Shown here piece after piece: positions 39,503-53,200 of a DNA stretch of 64,000 nucleotides. The notes below the pieces were generated by a model. It was not told the origin of the DNA and made no database searches. It saw nothing but the letters and a program-made list of their open reading frames with translations. Location of the stretch: NCBI RefSeq assembly GCF_018977255.1, contig NW_024704742.1, positions 47,370,001 through 47,434,000 of the forward strand, read 5' to 3'. Made by a program: the position numbers and the translations under genes. The first letter of the stretch is position 1. Every line of letters begins with the position of its first letter. This DNA comes from Callorhinchus milii (Eukaryota).

Positions 39503-39549
39503 GATTTGATACCTGTTAAACAGGAAACAAACTTTGAACAAGTTTATTA

Positions 39550-39972
39550 CCTAGAGCAACTACTGAGATCATATCTACCCTCACATCTAAATTCTTGGAA
39601 AAATGATTCTAAGATTCTAATTGGCTAAACAGTATAGATCATGACAGGCTGTTCTAACTTGTCCAGAATTGTAAAACCAGAGGACACGACTTGCGATTGA
39701 AGGGGGTAAATTCAGAAGCTATGCAAACACTATTTCAGTGAGTAAATAGTGAACCTGTGGAACAGGCTCCCTAGGGAGACAGTTGAAGAAGGAAATGTTG
39801 ATTCCTTCAAACACAGATTAGATACTTTTCTTTTAGGAAATAACATTATGGGATATAGTACATAGGTAGTTCGGGACATATGTGCATGTGACGCCCAGGA
39901 AGATGGAAGGCGAACTAGATGGATCTTGGTCTTTTTTTCGTCTAGCATTTCTTATGTTCTTATGTTCTTATT
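39550..39972 (+). mobile_element. Old CR1 3' fragment
   Basis: KTRGHDLRLKG motif and GTGAACCTGTGGAACAGGCTCCC, with a (TTCTTATG)n tail. Confidence 0.8.
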
Positions 39973-41952
39973 CGGCAACCAGTGACCAGTCTGAACAGCC
40001 CATATGTTGCCCACAGCTTCTCACCTCACCAGTGAAGTGCGTTAGTGAAAGTGCTAGGAGTCTAACGGGAGCTTGCAGAAATTTTTAGAACATTTTTTCA
40101 GGCCCAGCCAATGAATCAACGAACCCTTACTCAAACGCCAACGTTACACAAAGATCACTTTGGTTCAGTCCCTTGGGTAGTTGCTAAAAACAAGTTTAAA
40201 AAGAGGAAGTTGTTTTTCTTGACTTCCTGGCTAGCAATCTCCCAAATAAAATTAATCATTCCCTTCATGGCTGTTTGTGGGACATTGCTTGGTGCAATTT
40301 GGCTGCTGCATTCACCTACAAATACCCAGACAATGCCCTTTGTAGAAAAATCCTGTGAATTGCTTTGGAAAGTTTTAATGGCAAAAAAAGCCGTTATATC
40401 ACATTCTGGGATTATTATTAAGTGAAGCCAGTGTTTTATGTGGAAAGTTTAAAAGAAAGGAACAAATCCTTTCTTGACACCTTTTCTTTAAAAAAAATTC
40501 AAGCAATGATTTAGCAGATACATAAATCACAAGTGTAAATCACTATTTGACATGCCAAACACTGTGTACAAATTATTAAATTGCCAGACTTTTATTCATT
40601 TCTACAGTTTATTTTGTTACACACTATAAACTAACTTTTACCACAATATGGTAAATCAGGTGAGAACCACATATTGTACAGTATAAAAGAAATGGTTAAT
40701 GATTTACTGATAGACACTATGGTACAAACACCCAGGGACTTTGTTCAACAGTCACACATCCTGAAGTAGCACTGTCTGGCCAATGATTAAGAGGAATATT
40801 TTTTAAATTTATTATTCTGCTAGTCATTTCAGAAGCCAAATCACTGTTGCTTCAAAGGTAGTCTTCTATAACATAGCATGTTCTCTCCAACTGCAAACAC
40901 TTTGGGTCTGCATTGTAAATACACAGCCCAGGATCTTGCCAGTACACGTTCATAATAGGTTTTGCCAGGTGTTGCTCCAAGTGTAGAAAGATGGTGATAC
41001 CCTACAACCTAAGCCAGTAAAGCACCTGTCACCTGCACTGCCCTGCCCTCTTAATCATTTTGCGCACAGACAAGTAAAACTGTGCCTCCAGGCAATATTT
41101 TATTTGCATTGTCTTCTATTCCTCATTCGAGTTTTCTCTGAACCAGTCTTGAATTCTGCATATCCATCAAACACTTAATCTCCCGCCATTATCAAAAGGT
41201 ATATGTAAAGCACTGCAAATATTTCCGAAAGAACTTTTACATTTCTTTATAGCAAACAAACTTGCACTTTGTATCACTTATAACATTGAAATGTCTCAAA
41301 GTTACATGTACTGATTGTTTTTTTGTAGTCAAACGCAGCAGCCATTCTCTGAATAGCAAAATCGCACCAACAGACATGAAAGGGGAGAAACAGAAACAAG
41401 TTTCAACTCATCCTGAGACTTCAAAGAAGTACAGAGCTTGAGAGACCATCTCGGCAAAGAAAACTACTAATTGGCCTGTCCTAACAAGCAGGAAACGAGA
41501 GACAGGAGTGGGAAGGGAAGGAAGGAAATGCAAGGTCAACCCTATTCTCAAGGCTATAATGCTTCCGAACCCAGCATTATACCATTGGAGTTTATATATT
41601 TAACTGAAAGTGAAAAAATTTTTTGGTCAGATGGGTGTCTGCAACATGCGGAAATCCCTCATCATGCTTAAGACTATCCAAACCCAGCTGAGATTTCCAC
41701 ACATCCTGCCTACACAGTTATCGTGAGCTGACATGGATGAGTCCCTGCCCCCAGTGACTGGAATGCCCTTCCAAGTCTAAGTAACAAGCATTGACTTTAA
41801 TTTACAGCTGGAAACAAGAGCTGTCTTTTAATTATTAAGGATGAAAAGTGTCTCCATGTTCTACAATTAATGCATCAATATAATGTATGATTAATTGGCA
41901 CCCTTACATTTACATTGTAAAATATTTCAAAGGTGATTTTTCTTATTTAGGT

Positions 41953-42350
41953 GACAGTATGGCTCAGTGTGCAACACTCTTGCAGCTAACTCTGCAGGTC
42001 GTGGGTTTAAGCCCCAAATCGGGACTTTGAACTCATATGGTGAACTCCAGTCCAGAGCTAGGGCTGTGCTATATTGTCCGAGGTGCCGTCCTTTGGATGA
42101 AATGTTAAATCGAGGTCTTGTCTGCCTGTTCAGGTGGACATTAAAGATCTCATCACACTATTTGAAAAGAGAAGGGAGTTTCTCTTCTGGCCAACACTAC
42201 CGTGGATAAAATTGATTATTCAATTCAAACATGTTTGTGGGACACTGTTGTGCACAAATCAGCTGGTTCATTGGACTATAAATTCACAGTTAATACATCT
42301 TACAGTATATTCTGTGAAGCATTTCTGTAAACCACATTATAAAATATAAG
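41953..42350 (+). mobile_element. Old DeuSINE-like SINE
   Basis: GAGGTGCCGTCCTTTGGATGAAATGTTAAATCGAGGTCTTGTCTGCCTGTTCAGGTGGAC body. Confidence 0.75.
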
Positions 42351-45300
42351 GTTTATTTGTTAATGTTTTATCCAATTGAGGGATGTCAGGTTTGCAGAAG
42401 AAAAATATAATAATCCTTGCATTTGGTATAGTAGTATATTCTGCAAAGTGTTTTGAGACATCTATTAGACATGATATATTAAATGCAAGGATTATTATTA
42501 TTATTTTACAGCAATTATCAGTGAAGAGCTTGAAATGCTTTCACATGTCTTGCTATTAAAATGCAAGTTTTCCTAGAAAATGGTTTGGATAGTTTTAAGC
42601 ATGGTGATGGGTTTCCACAACTGTCAGACACTCGGCTAATCAAAAAAATAGAAAATATACAATCATTAAACATTACAGTGAAATCCTGTGAAGCACTTTG
42701 AGACATCCTCCGGATGTGAAAGGCGCAATATCAAGGATCATTCTTATAATTTTTAGTTCTTTCATATTTATTTTCATAAAGGCACGACTACTGCAGAAAT
42801 GTAATATTCTTCATTTTCAACAGCAGCAATTGCCTTGAGTGAGATTGACAGCCTGTGCAAAGCTGCAGGATAGTTGTGTGGTGAGCCTGTGACTACTGGG
42901 AACTATAAGCTGATAAACAACACTTTCTAAATTTAAACCTAATTACAGAGGTGAAGGGATTGTACTGTAACTCACTACACCACCCATTCATCAAAATCAA
43001 AACACGTAAAAAGTTACAAACCATAAGGATTCACGATCGATTTCTGCATCGTTGCTGACGGATTTTCCAATTTGCTGCGTGAGCTTATTTACTTCCTCCC
43101 CAACCCCATTCTACCATACCCAACATTGCACCATAATAATTGATCTATTTTAGTAGCTGAATCTAGTTCCCATACATGTTTGAGTCAGCCTAACTTGGCT
43201 TGGATCACTTCAAGCCAAGTTTATCCTTCAAATAAGATGCCTTTTGCAGAACACAGCAGTTCCTCTTTCCATATTGAGGGGTGAAATTTGGGACATTTCG
43301 TAACAAATTGATCATTTGTTTCATGGCTGTTCATGGGGCATTGCTAGGTGCAATTTGGCTGTCGCATTCACCAACAAGTACCCAGTCAATGCCAGACACA
43401 AAGAGGCTATGGCAGCAAGATGATCGACCTACCATCAAGATATCACAGCTAAGCTCAATGTGCTGTTTGACAGGCTCACTCTCCAGCAAGGGGTTTCTGA
43501 ACAGTGATCAGAAGTGGGAACCCTGGCTGTTTTTTCACCTTGCCAACTCAACGGGTGCTGAGGCCAATTTTAGGGCCTCACTCTTGCCCTCTCTGTGAGC
43601 AGGTAGCTCAGTACAGACCACTGGCAATCAAACCTGCAACTTTCTGGTTCATATGATGTAATGCACAATCTTTAGCCTCTGGACCAACAGAATCAGCACC
43701 AAGGAGATCTTTTAGGACTAGATCATGTAAAAAGCATATTAGTGGAGATGAATAGAGGAGCTTAACTCTGCATCACTCCACACTACAGCATGTGTGACTT
43801 GAAAGTGCTTGACACTGACACTGAGCGCTTAAGGTGGAAAGGTGCTCAAATTTAACGTCCCTTATCTCATTAGCAGAAAATTACTGCTAAAACTTAAATG
43901 TAGAACTGAAACCTCCAATGCTATGCTGGCCGATAGGGATAACGTATATAGCGCATAAGCATACATTTCCATGTTTGGTGTTTCAATTTCTTTCCTGTTT
44001 CCTCTGAGGTGAGACTTGTGCTAGGTGTAATTGTGTGTGTGTGGGAGGGGGGTGGGGGCAACAACACTCTATATACTTTATCCAGAAGGTAAAATGCATA
44101 TGATAGATTGCAGTGGGAGGTAACTTACAACAATTTGCTACAATATTCAGAGGATGTTCCCCACTGTATCCACACAATCCTGTTCTCACCCTAATGCCCA
44201 TTAACTTGCAAGAAGAAACAGAATCCGTAGCTGATTTCAACCCGCAAGCCAGAGGCACATTTCATTTTGTCAGCAATTTCAAGGTAATTCTCTTGGGTAA
44301 TAACCATGGGTAATAACTACAATTAAATGGCTTTCAAATTCTGCATTACAAAGTAATCTGTGATATTCCGCACCCTTGTGATTTGCAGTGACCTGCACTG
44401 TGTGTGTTTTGAATCCTTGTTATCAGTAGCTGTTTCCAACATTGGTTGATTTGCACAAGCCAAACCTAAGCACAGTATTAGAACGATGGTGCAATAAAAT
44501 GCTTGAATAATGTAAACTGTTTTATGGTCACAATAAACTCCAGAGTATATTCTGTGCTTGGTCCTCTTCACAAGGCGATCCCGACATTCCGAATTTGTGC
44601 TTCTCCTCTGGAGAATGAAGACAGCCGACACAGCTGCCAGATATTGAATAGTTCTATTAGGAGTGTCTCACATCACTAATCCAGTAATGTAGCCTCGTAC
44701 CCAATTAAATTAATTTAATTAAAATGCAGCACAAATGAATCACAACCTTTGAAGTAACAGTGAGTCTTTATAAAAGTGAGTTTCTCCAAACAGCTTACTT
44801 CCCAACCCACTACCCATTGGCTCCAGTCTCCTGCTTGTCCTTTGTGCCCTACGTTCCACCATCACTACACCCTGAAACTCTGAAATACTCTCCCTCAATC
44901 TATCCACATTGCCCCCTCCTTCATTATCTTCAGGTCGCGTCTGATGACCTTCCAATGGTCTTTCAACCCCGCCAATGGTCACCTCCTCCCAGCTTGGCGT
45001 TGTGGAATGCTTCCCTGCATGAGGGACACTATATAAATGTTGTTGCTGCTATAAATCCAACACAAATTTATGATTCCATTTTATGTAACCATCAACCCTG
45101 ATCCAAGTACAGTATATTTTTTCTGGCAAATGGGATTCTTTTATAAGGCGGGTTTACTTATAAGACAGAACTATAGTCAGCTTTGCGTGCAAACAGAGGC
45201 CAGGCTAAACGATGTGTGGCTTCCAGGCCATCAGGTCACTGTCATCAGGTTAGTGTTCACTGCATGAAGATGCTCTTGGCACTATTCAGTTTCTCCCAGT

Positions 45301-47302
45301 GTCGTAGCCAACAATCCCTAAAATAAATTTGGGCATTCACTTTGTGGCTGTGCACAAATTGGCTGGTGCTATATCAAATGCAAGAATTAGTATTATATTA
45401 TCCCCAGTGGATTGACTTAAAGATCCACTTCTTCATTTTCAAATGTTTCTATGGCCTTACCCTTTGCAATCTCTTGGGATCCTATTTCCCCTCCCACCCA
45501 TCTCGTTCGTTCCCCAACTCTGGCCTTTATCATTTCCCCTGCCCACTTTGCCCCACCATTGGTGGACAAATTTTCAGACACTTTACTCCCACTCTCTGGA
45601 ATTCTCTTCTAACATGAACAAAGATTCATCCTGAGCTAAAGATCAACTAGTGTTGGTCACTCTTTGGTATCTCACCCAGAGGCTATTCCTAATGTGTGAG
45701 ACTAGATAGGGATGATCGTCTGTCGATTTGACTAAAGGGAGGATCATAATCAAATCTGATCAACTCTTCAACAAAGTTATAGTAGACCAAATGAATATCA
45801 ATAAGTCTAGAATCAGAGATGCATAGAGATTTATGACCCATTAAGCCTGCCCTGGAATTTAATATGTAGTTTAATCACCGACAAAATAGCACCTGAGAAA
45901 TCATTGTTCGTATACGCAATAGTACCACTCAAGTTGAGATCTTTATTTGTCAATTGAAGACTTTTACATGAGGACACAGGTCCAGGGTTATGAAGGGCAA
46001 GTTTAAGTCAGACATCAGGAAATATTTCTTTACAAAGAGTATGGGTAACAGCTAGAATGGGTTACCAGGAAGGGTGGTGAGGACAGTACCTTGGCATTGT
46101 GTAAGAAAAAGTTTGACTCTGTAATTGTAAAATGATAGGGTGATATTCTCTATAGAGATTATCTTAAATAAGCCAAATCTGTCCTGTGACCTTGTGACCC
46201 ACACCAAAAACCTCAAAACAGGTTTTATGTGAGACACATAAAATAATAGAAGCAGTACATAGCAGAGAGGATTGCCAAAAAATGCATATTAAGAAACATT
46301 TTCAAGGAAATAAAACATCAACTAGCTCTTAAATAGCACAGTTTATGTCAACAAGAAACAACATATACCACTGCACAAAATATAATTAATAAGAAATAAT
46401 GTAAATGTTGACATACTGTTCAATAGTACTATTAAAAATAGTAAGATGCAAAACAACTAGGAATACAAATAGGTAACTTTGCACATTACTTGTCCAGCTA
46501 TCTTTTAGGACTTTGGTTAGGGAATGAAGCATCTATACTTCTCATTGATGAATCTTGGATTATTGCGGTCCCATCTGGCTTTGCAAGGAACCTGTTCACA
46601 AAGACAGTTCAGCCCCAAGAGATCTACTTACTTATGAAATAAAGTAAGTGCTAAATGTTAAAAGGTGATAGAACAGAGATGAATCTTTGGTGATATAGAG
46701 TTATCCAAACAGTATGGGTATCTGAGATTGTATCAGAGGTACTCAACAGACCGGTTCTTATCCAGTCTGTCCAAACATCTGTTATACATTCCTGACAAAC
46801 TGCTTCCATAGATGATATCATGTATCATATTCTAAATGTTAATGATGAGAATCCAAGATAAAATCAACACAGTTGATGGACTTGAAGAATATCAAGTAAA
46901 TGAGGCATGGATAATCCCACTGCTTGCTGGTTTTTAATAATGAATCCCACTCACCTCCACATTGGTGCATTTTACTAATATCACTGATAGTGATAGCTTG
47001 CATATTACAGGCTGATCCTGTTCTAATACAATGGTTTTTGGCCACAGACCAGGATCCTGCATTAAGACCTAAAATGGCCACTTGTCAGCGCTTCTTGATC
47101 GTCGGGTTATGTTGACATCATTTCCTGCACAAAGTGACATCAACAGTGCTTCCAGTGCATATTGAGCATGTACTGTACTTCTGGTATACTGCAGGTCCAT
47201 GTTGTGACTGTACTATTAGCCGGCCTGTGCTATACTAAAGCATGTTACAACAAGTCAGCCTGTATGATATACAAACGATTGCTCGCAGGTGTTAGAGCAA
47301 TG

Positions 47303-47565
47303 TCAGCCCGGCTCAGTTGGTAGCACCTTCGTCTCATGGACAAAGATTGTGAATTCAAACCCCTCATCTGGACTTGACCTCCTAATCTAGGCTGATGCCA
47401 TGAAGAAGTGCTCAGAGATTTAGGTAGATCTTATTTTTTGGGTAAAACTTAGGTCCCATTTGCCTGTTTTGAGGGCACAGATGGGCCTTAAAGATCCCAT
47501 AACATTATTGTAAAAGAGAAGGGAGTTACTTCCTCTTAATGTCATTGCCAGAATTCCCCTAGAAA
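47303..47565 (+). mobile_element. Old DeuSINE-like SINE, 3'-truncated
   Basis: GTCAGCCCGGCTCAGTTGGTAGCACC head and AAAGATCCCAT...AAAAGAGAAGGGAGTT. Confidence 0.65.
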
Positions 47566-47891
47566 TGAATTGTAGTTGCTTTAGCTTGACCTGCTCATTT
47601 CTTTAGAAAAGAGATTAATATAATTTCTGTGTCGTGCCATATGTTTCAGATCCTGATAATTAGGTGACATTTATGATAACATTTTGTGATATTGAATTTT
47701 TTTTTCTCTTCCTCTCCAATTTTCTCTCCTGATAATACAGACACACACTATGAGACAGAAGTGCTTGATACTGACATTGGGGACTTAAGTATTATAAAGC
47801 ACGAGGCGGCAGGGAGTTCAGCCACACGGAGAGCGGCGGCAGGACAGCGCGGGGAGGAGCCTGGGCCCACCTTCTCAGGTAGTATAAAGCA

Positions 47892-50276
47892 CGGCCTTGA
47901 AGGAGGAAAGGTAGGAAGCGGCGAAGGCACTGGGGGATAGAGTTCCAGAGCCTCGGGGCTGAGAGGCTGAAGGCCCGGCCACCGATGGTAGGGCGGTTGG
48001 GGCGGGGGATGTGGAGCAGACCGGAGCCAGAGGAATGGAGGGTACGGGCAGGTAGGTAGGGGGATAGTAGGTCAGAGAGGTAGGAGGGAGCAAGGCCGTG
48101 AATGGCCTTGTAGGTGAGGATGAGGATCTTGAATTCGATCCTCTGGGGGATGGGGAGCCAGTGGAGGCGAGCGAGGGTGGGAGTGATGTGGTCCCGAAGC
48201 CTGGTGCGGGACAGTACACGAGCTGCAGAGTTCTGAATGACCTGCAGCTTGTGGAGGGAGGTGCCGGGAAGGCCGGCGAGGAGAGAGTTCCCATAGTCCA
48301 GCCTTGAGGTGATAAAGGCGTGGACCAGAGTTTCAGCAGCGTGAGGGGTGAGGTAGTGCCGTAGTCTGGCGATATTCCGGAGGTGATGGAAGGCGGTGCC
48401 AGTTGTGGCGCGGAAATGAGGAAGAAAGGACAGCTCAGGGTCGAACAGAATCCCGAGGTTCCTGACGGCTTTGAGAGGTGGAGAGTGCAGCCTTGGATGC
48501 TGATGCTGTCAGCGCCTGAGGTGCGGAGGCGCTGACGTGAGCCAATCAGGAGGGCCTCAGTTTTGCGCACGTTGAGCTGAAGAAAGTTATCTCTCGTCCA
48601 GGACTCGATGTCGGACAGGCAGCTGTCAGGACATCGGTGGTCGTGGAGTTGAGGGTAGAGGAGGAAAGGTAGAGTTGGGTGTCATCCGCATACATGTGGA
48701 AGTTAACCCCATGTCTGCGGATGATGTCACCAAGGGGGAGCATATAGAGGGTGAAGAGGAGGGGACCGAGGACAGAGCCCTGAGGGACACCGCACGAGAC
48801 AGTGCGGGGGCCGGAGGAAAAACCATTTGTGGAGACAAAGTGGAGACGTTGGGAGAGGTACGACCTAAACCACTCAAGGACAGTGCCTTGAAGGTTGAGA
48901 TGGGAGGACAGGCGATGGAGGAGGATAGTGTGGTCGACCGTATCGAATGCTGCCGATAGGTCGAGGAGGACGAGGAGGCAGAGGGAGCCCTGGTCACAGA
49001 TGGTCAGGATGTCATTGGTGACCTTGACCAGGGCGGTTTCTGTGCTATGGGCAGCACGGAAACCTGACTGAAGGGGTTCGAATAGTGAATGGTTGGAGAG
49101 GAAAGAGCGCAGCTGGGAGGCGACAACTCCTTCCAGAACCTTGGTCAGGAAGGGGAGGTTGGAGATGGGCCGGTAGCTTGATAGCTGCGACGCATCAAGG
49201 GAGGGTTTTTTTAAGGTGGGAGTGATGGTGGCAGTTTTTAAGGGAATGGGAATAGAGCCAGAGGAGAGGGACAGGTTGACGATGTCTGTGATATGTGGGG
49301 CAAGGAGGTGGAGCTGAGAGATAAGGAGTGGAGTGGGGATGGGGTCAAGGGAGCAGGTGGTGGGTTTAAGGGATAGGATGAGTTTGGTGACAGAGGGTGG
49401 GGAAACGGGTACGAAGGTGTGTAGGGGAGGATGGGTAGGAGTCGGAGTGTGGGAGGGAAGGGGTGGGTGGTGGGTGGATGTTGGAGGGGAAGTGACCGCG
49501 GAGCGAATTCCCTTGATCTTGGATTCAAGGAAATCCAGCATCTCCTCGCAGTGAAGGTTGGAGGAGATGACCTGCGTGGGGTGGCGGGGGGGACGGAGGA
49601 GTTGGGATGTGGTAGAGAACAGTAGCCTGGGGTTGTCCTTCGCCTCCAGGATTATCCTGGAGTAGAAGGACGATTTGGCCGAGGCTAGAGTGGAGTGGTA
49701 GATTTTGAGGAGGTCCAGCCAGATTTGTCTGTGGACTGTTAGGCCAGATTTGACCCAGGTGTGTTCAACGGCCCACACCTGGGTCTTCAGTGAGCGGAGG
49801 TGGGTAGTGAACCAGGGGGAGGAGCGAGAGTAGGAGACAGTACGGGAGGTGATAGGGGCAAGAGTGTCAAGTGTGGAGGAGAGGGTGTTGTGGAGGAGGG
49901 TGAGAGCAGAAGAGGGGTCAGTGAGGGTTGAGGGCCAGCGGGAGAGGAGTTTAGAGGACTCCAAGGCAGAGGTTAGGGACTGAGGGGGTAACTTCTTCCA
50001 GGGGCGGTAGAAGATGGTGGTGGTTCTGGTGGAGGTGGGGAGTGGAGGTGGTGAAGGAGATGAAGTGGTGATCGGAGACGGCCTTGTCGGTGATGGTGAC
50101 ATCCGAGACACTGAGGCCCCGGGTGATCACCAAATCGAGTGGGTGGCCGTGAATGTGAGTGGGGGAGTTGATGTGGAGGGAGAGGTTGAGCGAGGAGAGG
50201 AGGGAGGAGAAGTCCGAGGAGATGGAGCAGGAGGGGGTGAAGTGCAGGTTAAAGTCACCCAGGATGATGAGGCGAT
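47892..50276 (-). mobile_element. L2 LINE internal ORF2 segment, truncated at both ends (no 3' UTR or tail)
   Basis: ORF 48546-50111 has [48 protein letters not shown] and YADD. Aligns to 51136-53526 as an inverted copy. Confidence 0.95.
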
Positions 50277-53200
50277 TTAGCTCGGTGGGTGGGGCTGTGG
50301 GTGTGTGTGGGGGCAGAGCGGGGGAACTGCTGACGTCATAGTTTAGTTTCAGGAGTGTGCGCGCGCAAAAAAAAAAAAAACCTCTGCGCCCCCCCCCCAG
50401 CCCCCGGGGCTCGCATCAGGGACCACCATGGTCCTGTTGGGTTGGCTGCCCCAGCCCCAGCCTATGGGCTAATGCCATCCACCTGACGCTCGCTCCCTGT
50501 CCCCGCGTGAGCATTATGGCTGCCACTCTGACCCTCGTCCCCTCTCCACCTCCCTCCCTCCCCCTTCCTCTCTGTCCAGCAGCAGCCACACCGACTGCCC
50601 CATTCCCCACCACACTCGCCACCCACCCCGGACACAGACCCGGGGAGCCAACCTCTCCTCCCTCATCCCCATTCCCCGCACCCCTGCCTCACAACCTGGA
50701 CACCCCTCCCTCCCCACACACCTTCTGTCAACCGTTCCCTCCACATCGGACTACAAAACGTCCGCTCCCTCTGTAACAAGGCCCTGGTCATCAACAATCT
50801 CATCCTTGATGAGAGCATTGACATTATGGCCTTAACGGAAACCTGGCTCACCCCAGGCGACACCTTCCCCCTCACGGAGGCCACAACACCCGGCTACACC
50901 TCTCACCACATCCCTCGCCCCAACCACCGTGGAGGTGGTGTAGCCCTTATCTCAAGGACACCACTTGCCCTATCTCCCTACTCCTCTGGCTCTTTCCCCT
51001 CTTTTGAGCACCTCACCCTCTCCCACCCCTCCTTCCTCTCACTCAAAATCCTCCTCCTCTACCGGCCCCCTAAAACCTCTCCCACCTTCATCTCCGATAT
51101 TTCCACCCTACTTACTTCCCTCTGCCTCTGCTCTGATCGCCTCATCATCCTGGGCGACTTCAACCTGCACTTCACCCCCTCCTGCTCCATCTCCTCGGAC
51201 TTCTCCTCCCTGCTCTCCTCGCTCAACCTCTCCCTCCACATCAACTCCGCCACTCACAGTCACGGCCACCCACTCGATTTGGTGATCACCCGGGGCCTCA
51301 GTGTCTCTGATGTCACCATTACCAAGAAGTCCGTCTCCGATCACCACTTCATCTCCTTCACCACCTCCACCCCTCTACCCACCTCCACCAGACCCACCAC
51401 CATCTTCTACCGCCCTTGGAAGAAGTTACCGCCACAATCCCTAACCGCTGCCTTGGAGTCCTCTGAACTCCTCTCCCTCTGGCCTTCAACCCTCACTGAC
51501 CCCTCTTCTGCTCTCACCCTCCTCCACAACACCCTCTTCTCCACACTCGACACTCTTGCCCCCATCACCTCCCGTACTGTCTCCTACTCTCGCTCCTCCC
51601 CCTGGTTCACTACCCACCTCCGCTCACTGAAGAGCCAGGTGCGGGCCGCTGAACGCACCTACGTCAAATCTGGCCTACCGGTCCACAGACAAATCTGGCT
51701 GGACCTCCTCAAAATCTACCGCTCCACTCTAGCCTCGGCCAAGTCGTCCTTCTACTCCAGGATAATCCTGGAGGCGAAGAACAACCCCAGGCTTCTGTTT
51801 TCTACCACATCCCGACTCCTCCGTCCCCCCGCCACCCCGCGCAGGTCATCTCCTCCAACCTTCATTGCGAGGAGATGCTGGATTTCCTTGAATTCAAAAT
51901 CAAGGAAATCCGCTCCGCGGTCACTCCCCCTCCAACTTCCACCCACCCCCCCACCGCTTGCCTCCCACACTCTGACTCCTACCCATCCTCCCCTACACAC
52001 CTTCGTACCCGTTTCCCCACCCTCTGTCACCAAACTCATCCTGTCCCTGAAACCCACCACCTGCTCCCTTGACCCCATCCCCACTCCAATCCTTATTTCT
52101 CAGCTCCACTTCCTTGCCCCACTTATCACAGACATCATCAACCTGTCCGTCTCCTCTGGCTCTGTTCCCATTCCCCTAAAAACTGCCATCATCACTCCCA
52201 CTTTGAAAAAATCCTCCCTTGATGCGTCGCAGCTATCAAGCTACCGGCCCATCTCCAACCTCCCCTTCCTGTCCAAAGTCCTTGAACAAGTTGTCGCCTC
52301 CCAGCTGTGCTCTTTCCTCTCCACCCATTCATTATTCGAACCCCTTCAGTCGGGTTTCCGTGCTGCCCATAGCACAGAAACCGCCCTGGTCAAGGTCACC
52401 AATGACATCTTAACCATCTGTGACCAGGGCTCCCTCTGCCTCCTCGTCCTCCTCTACCTATCGGCAGCATTCGATACGGTCGACCACACTATCCTCCTCC
52501 ACCGCTTGTCCTCCCACCTCAACCTTCAAGGCCCTGTCCTTGAGTGGTTCAGGTCGTACCTCTCCCACCGTCTTCATTTTGTTTCCACAAGCAGCTTTTC
52601 CTCCACCCCCGCACTGTATCGTGCGGTGTCCCTCAGGGCTCTGACCTCGGTCCCCTCCTCTTCACCCTCTATATGCTCCCCCTTCGTGACATCATCCGCA
52701 GACATGGGGTTAACTTTCACATGTACGTGGATGACACCCAACTCTACCTTTCCTCCTCTGCCCTCAACTCCACGACCACCGATGTCCTGACAGCTGCCTG
52801 TCCGACATCGAGTCCTGGATGAGAGATAACTTTCTTCAGCTCAATGTGCGCAAAACCGAGGCCCTCCTGATTGGCTCACGTCAGCGCCTCCGCACCTCAG
52901 GCGCTGACAGCATCAGCATCCAAGGCTGCACTCTCCACCTCTCAAAGTCAGTCAGGAACCTCGGAGTTCTGTTCGACCCTGAGCTGTCTATTCTTCCTCA
53001 TATCCGCGCCACAACTGGCACCGCCTTCCATCACCTCCGAAACATCGCCAGACTACGGCACTACCTCACCCCTCACACTGCTGAAACTCTGGTCCACGCC
53101 TTTATCACCTCAAGGCTGGACTATGGGAACTCTCTCCTCGCCGGCCTTCCCGCCACCTCCCTCCACAAGCTGCAGGTCATTCAGAACTCTGCAGCTCGTG

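Noticed and set aside
43500..43690. Possible ancient tRNA-derived SINE relic (minus strand)
   Set aside because: Too decayed to assign without an HMM search.
50826..52790. 654-aa ORF as an intact active L2 ORF2 or host gene
   Set aside because: Contains compensating frameshifts, a D-to-Y change in LDLSAAFD and an out-of-frame YVDD, so it is a dead copy.
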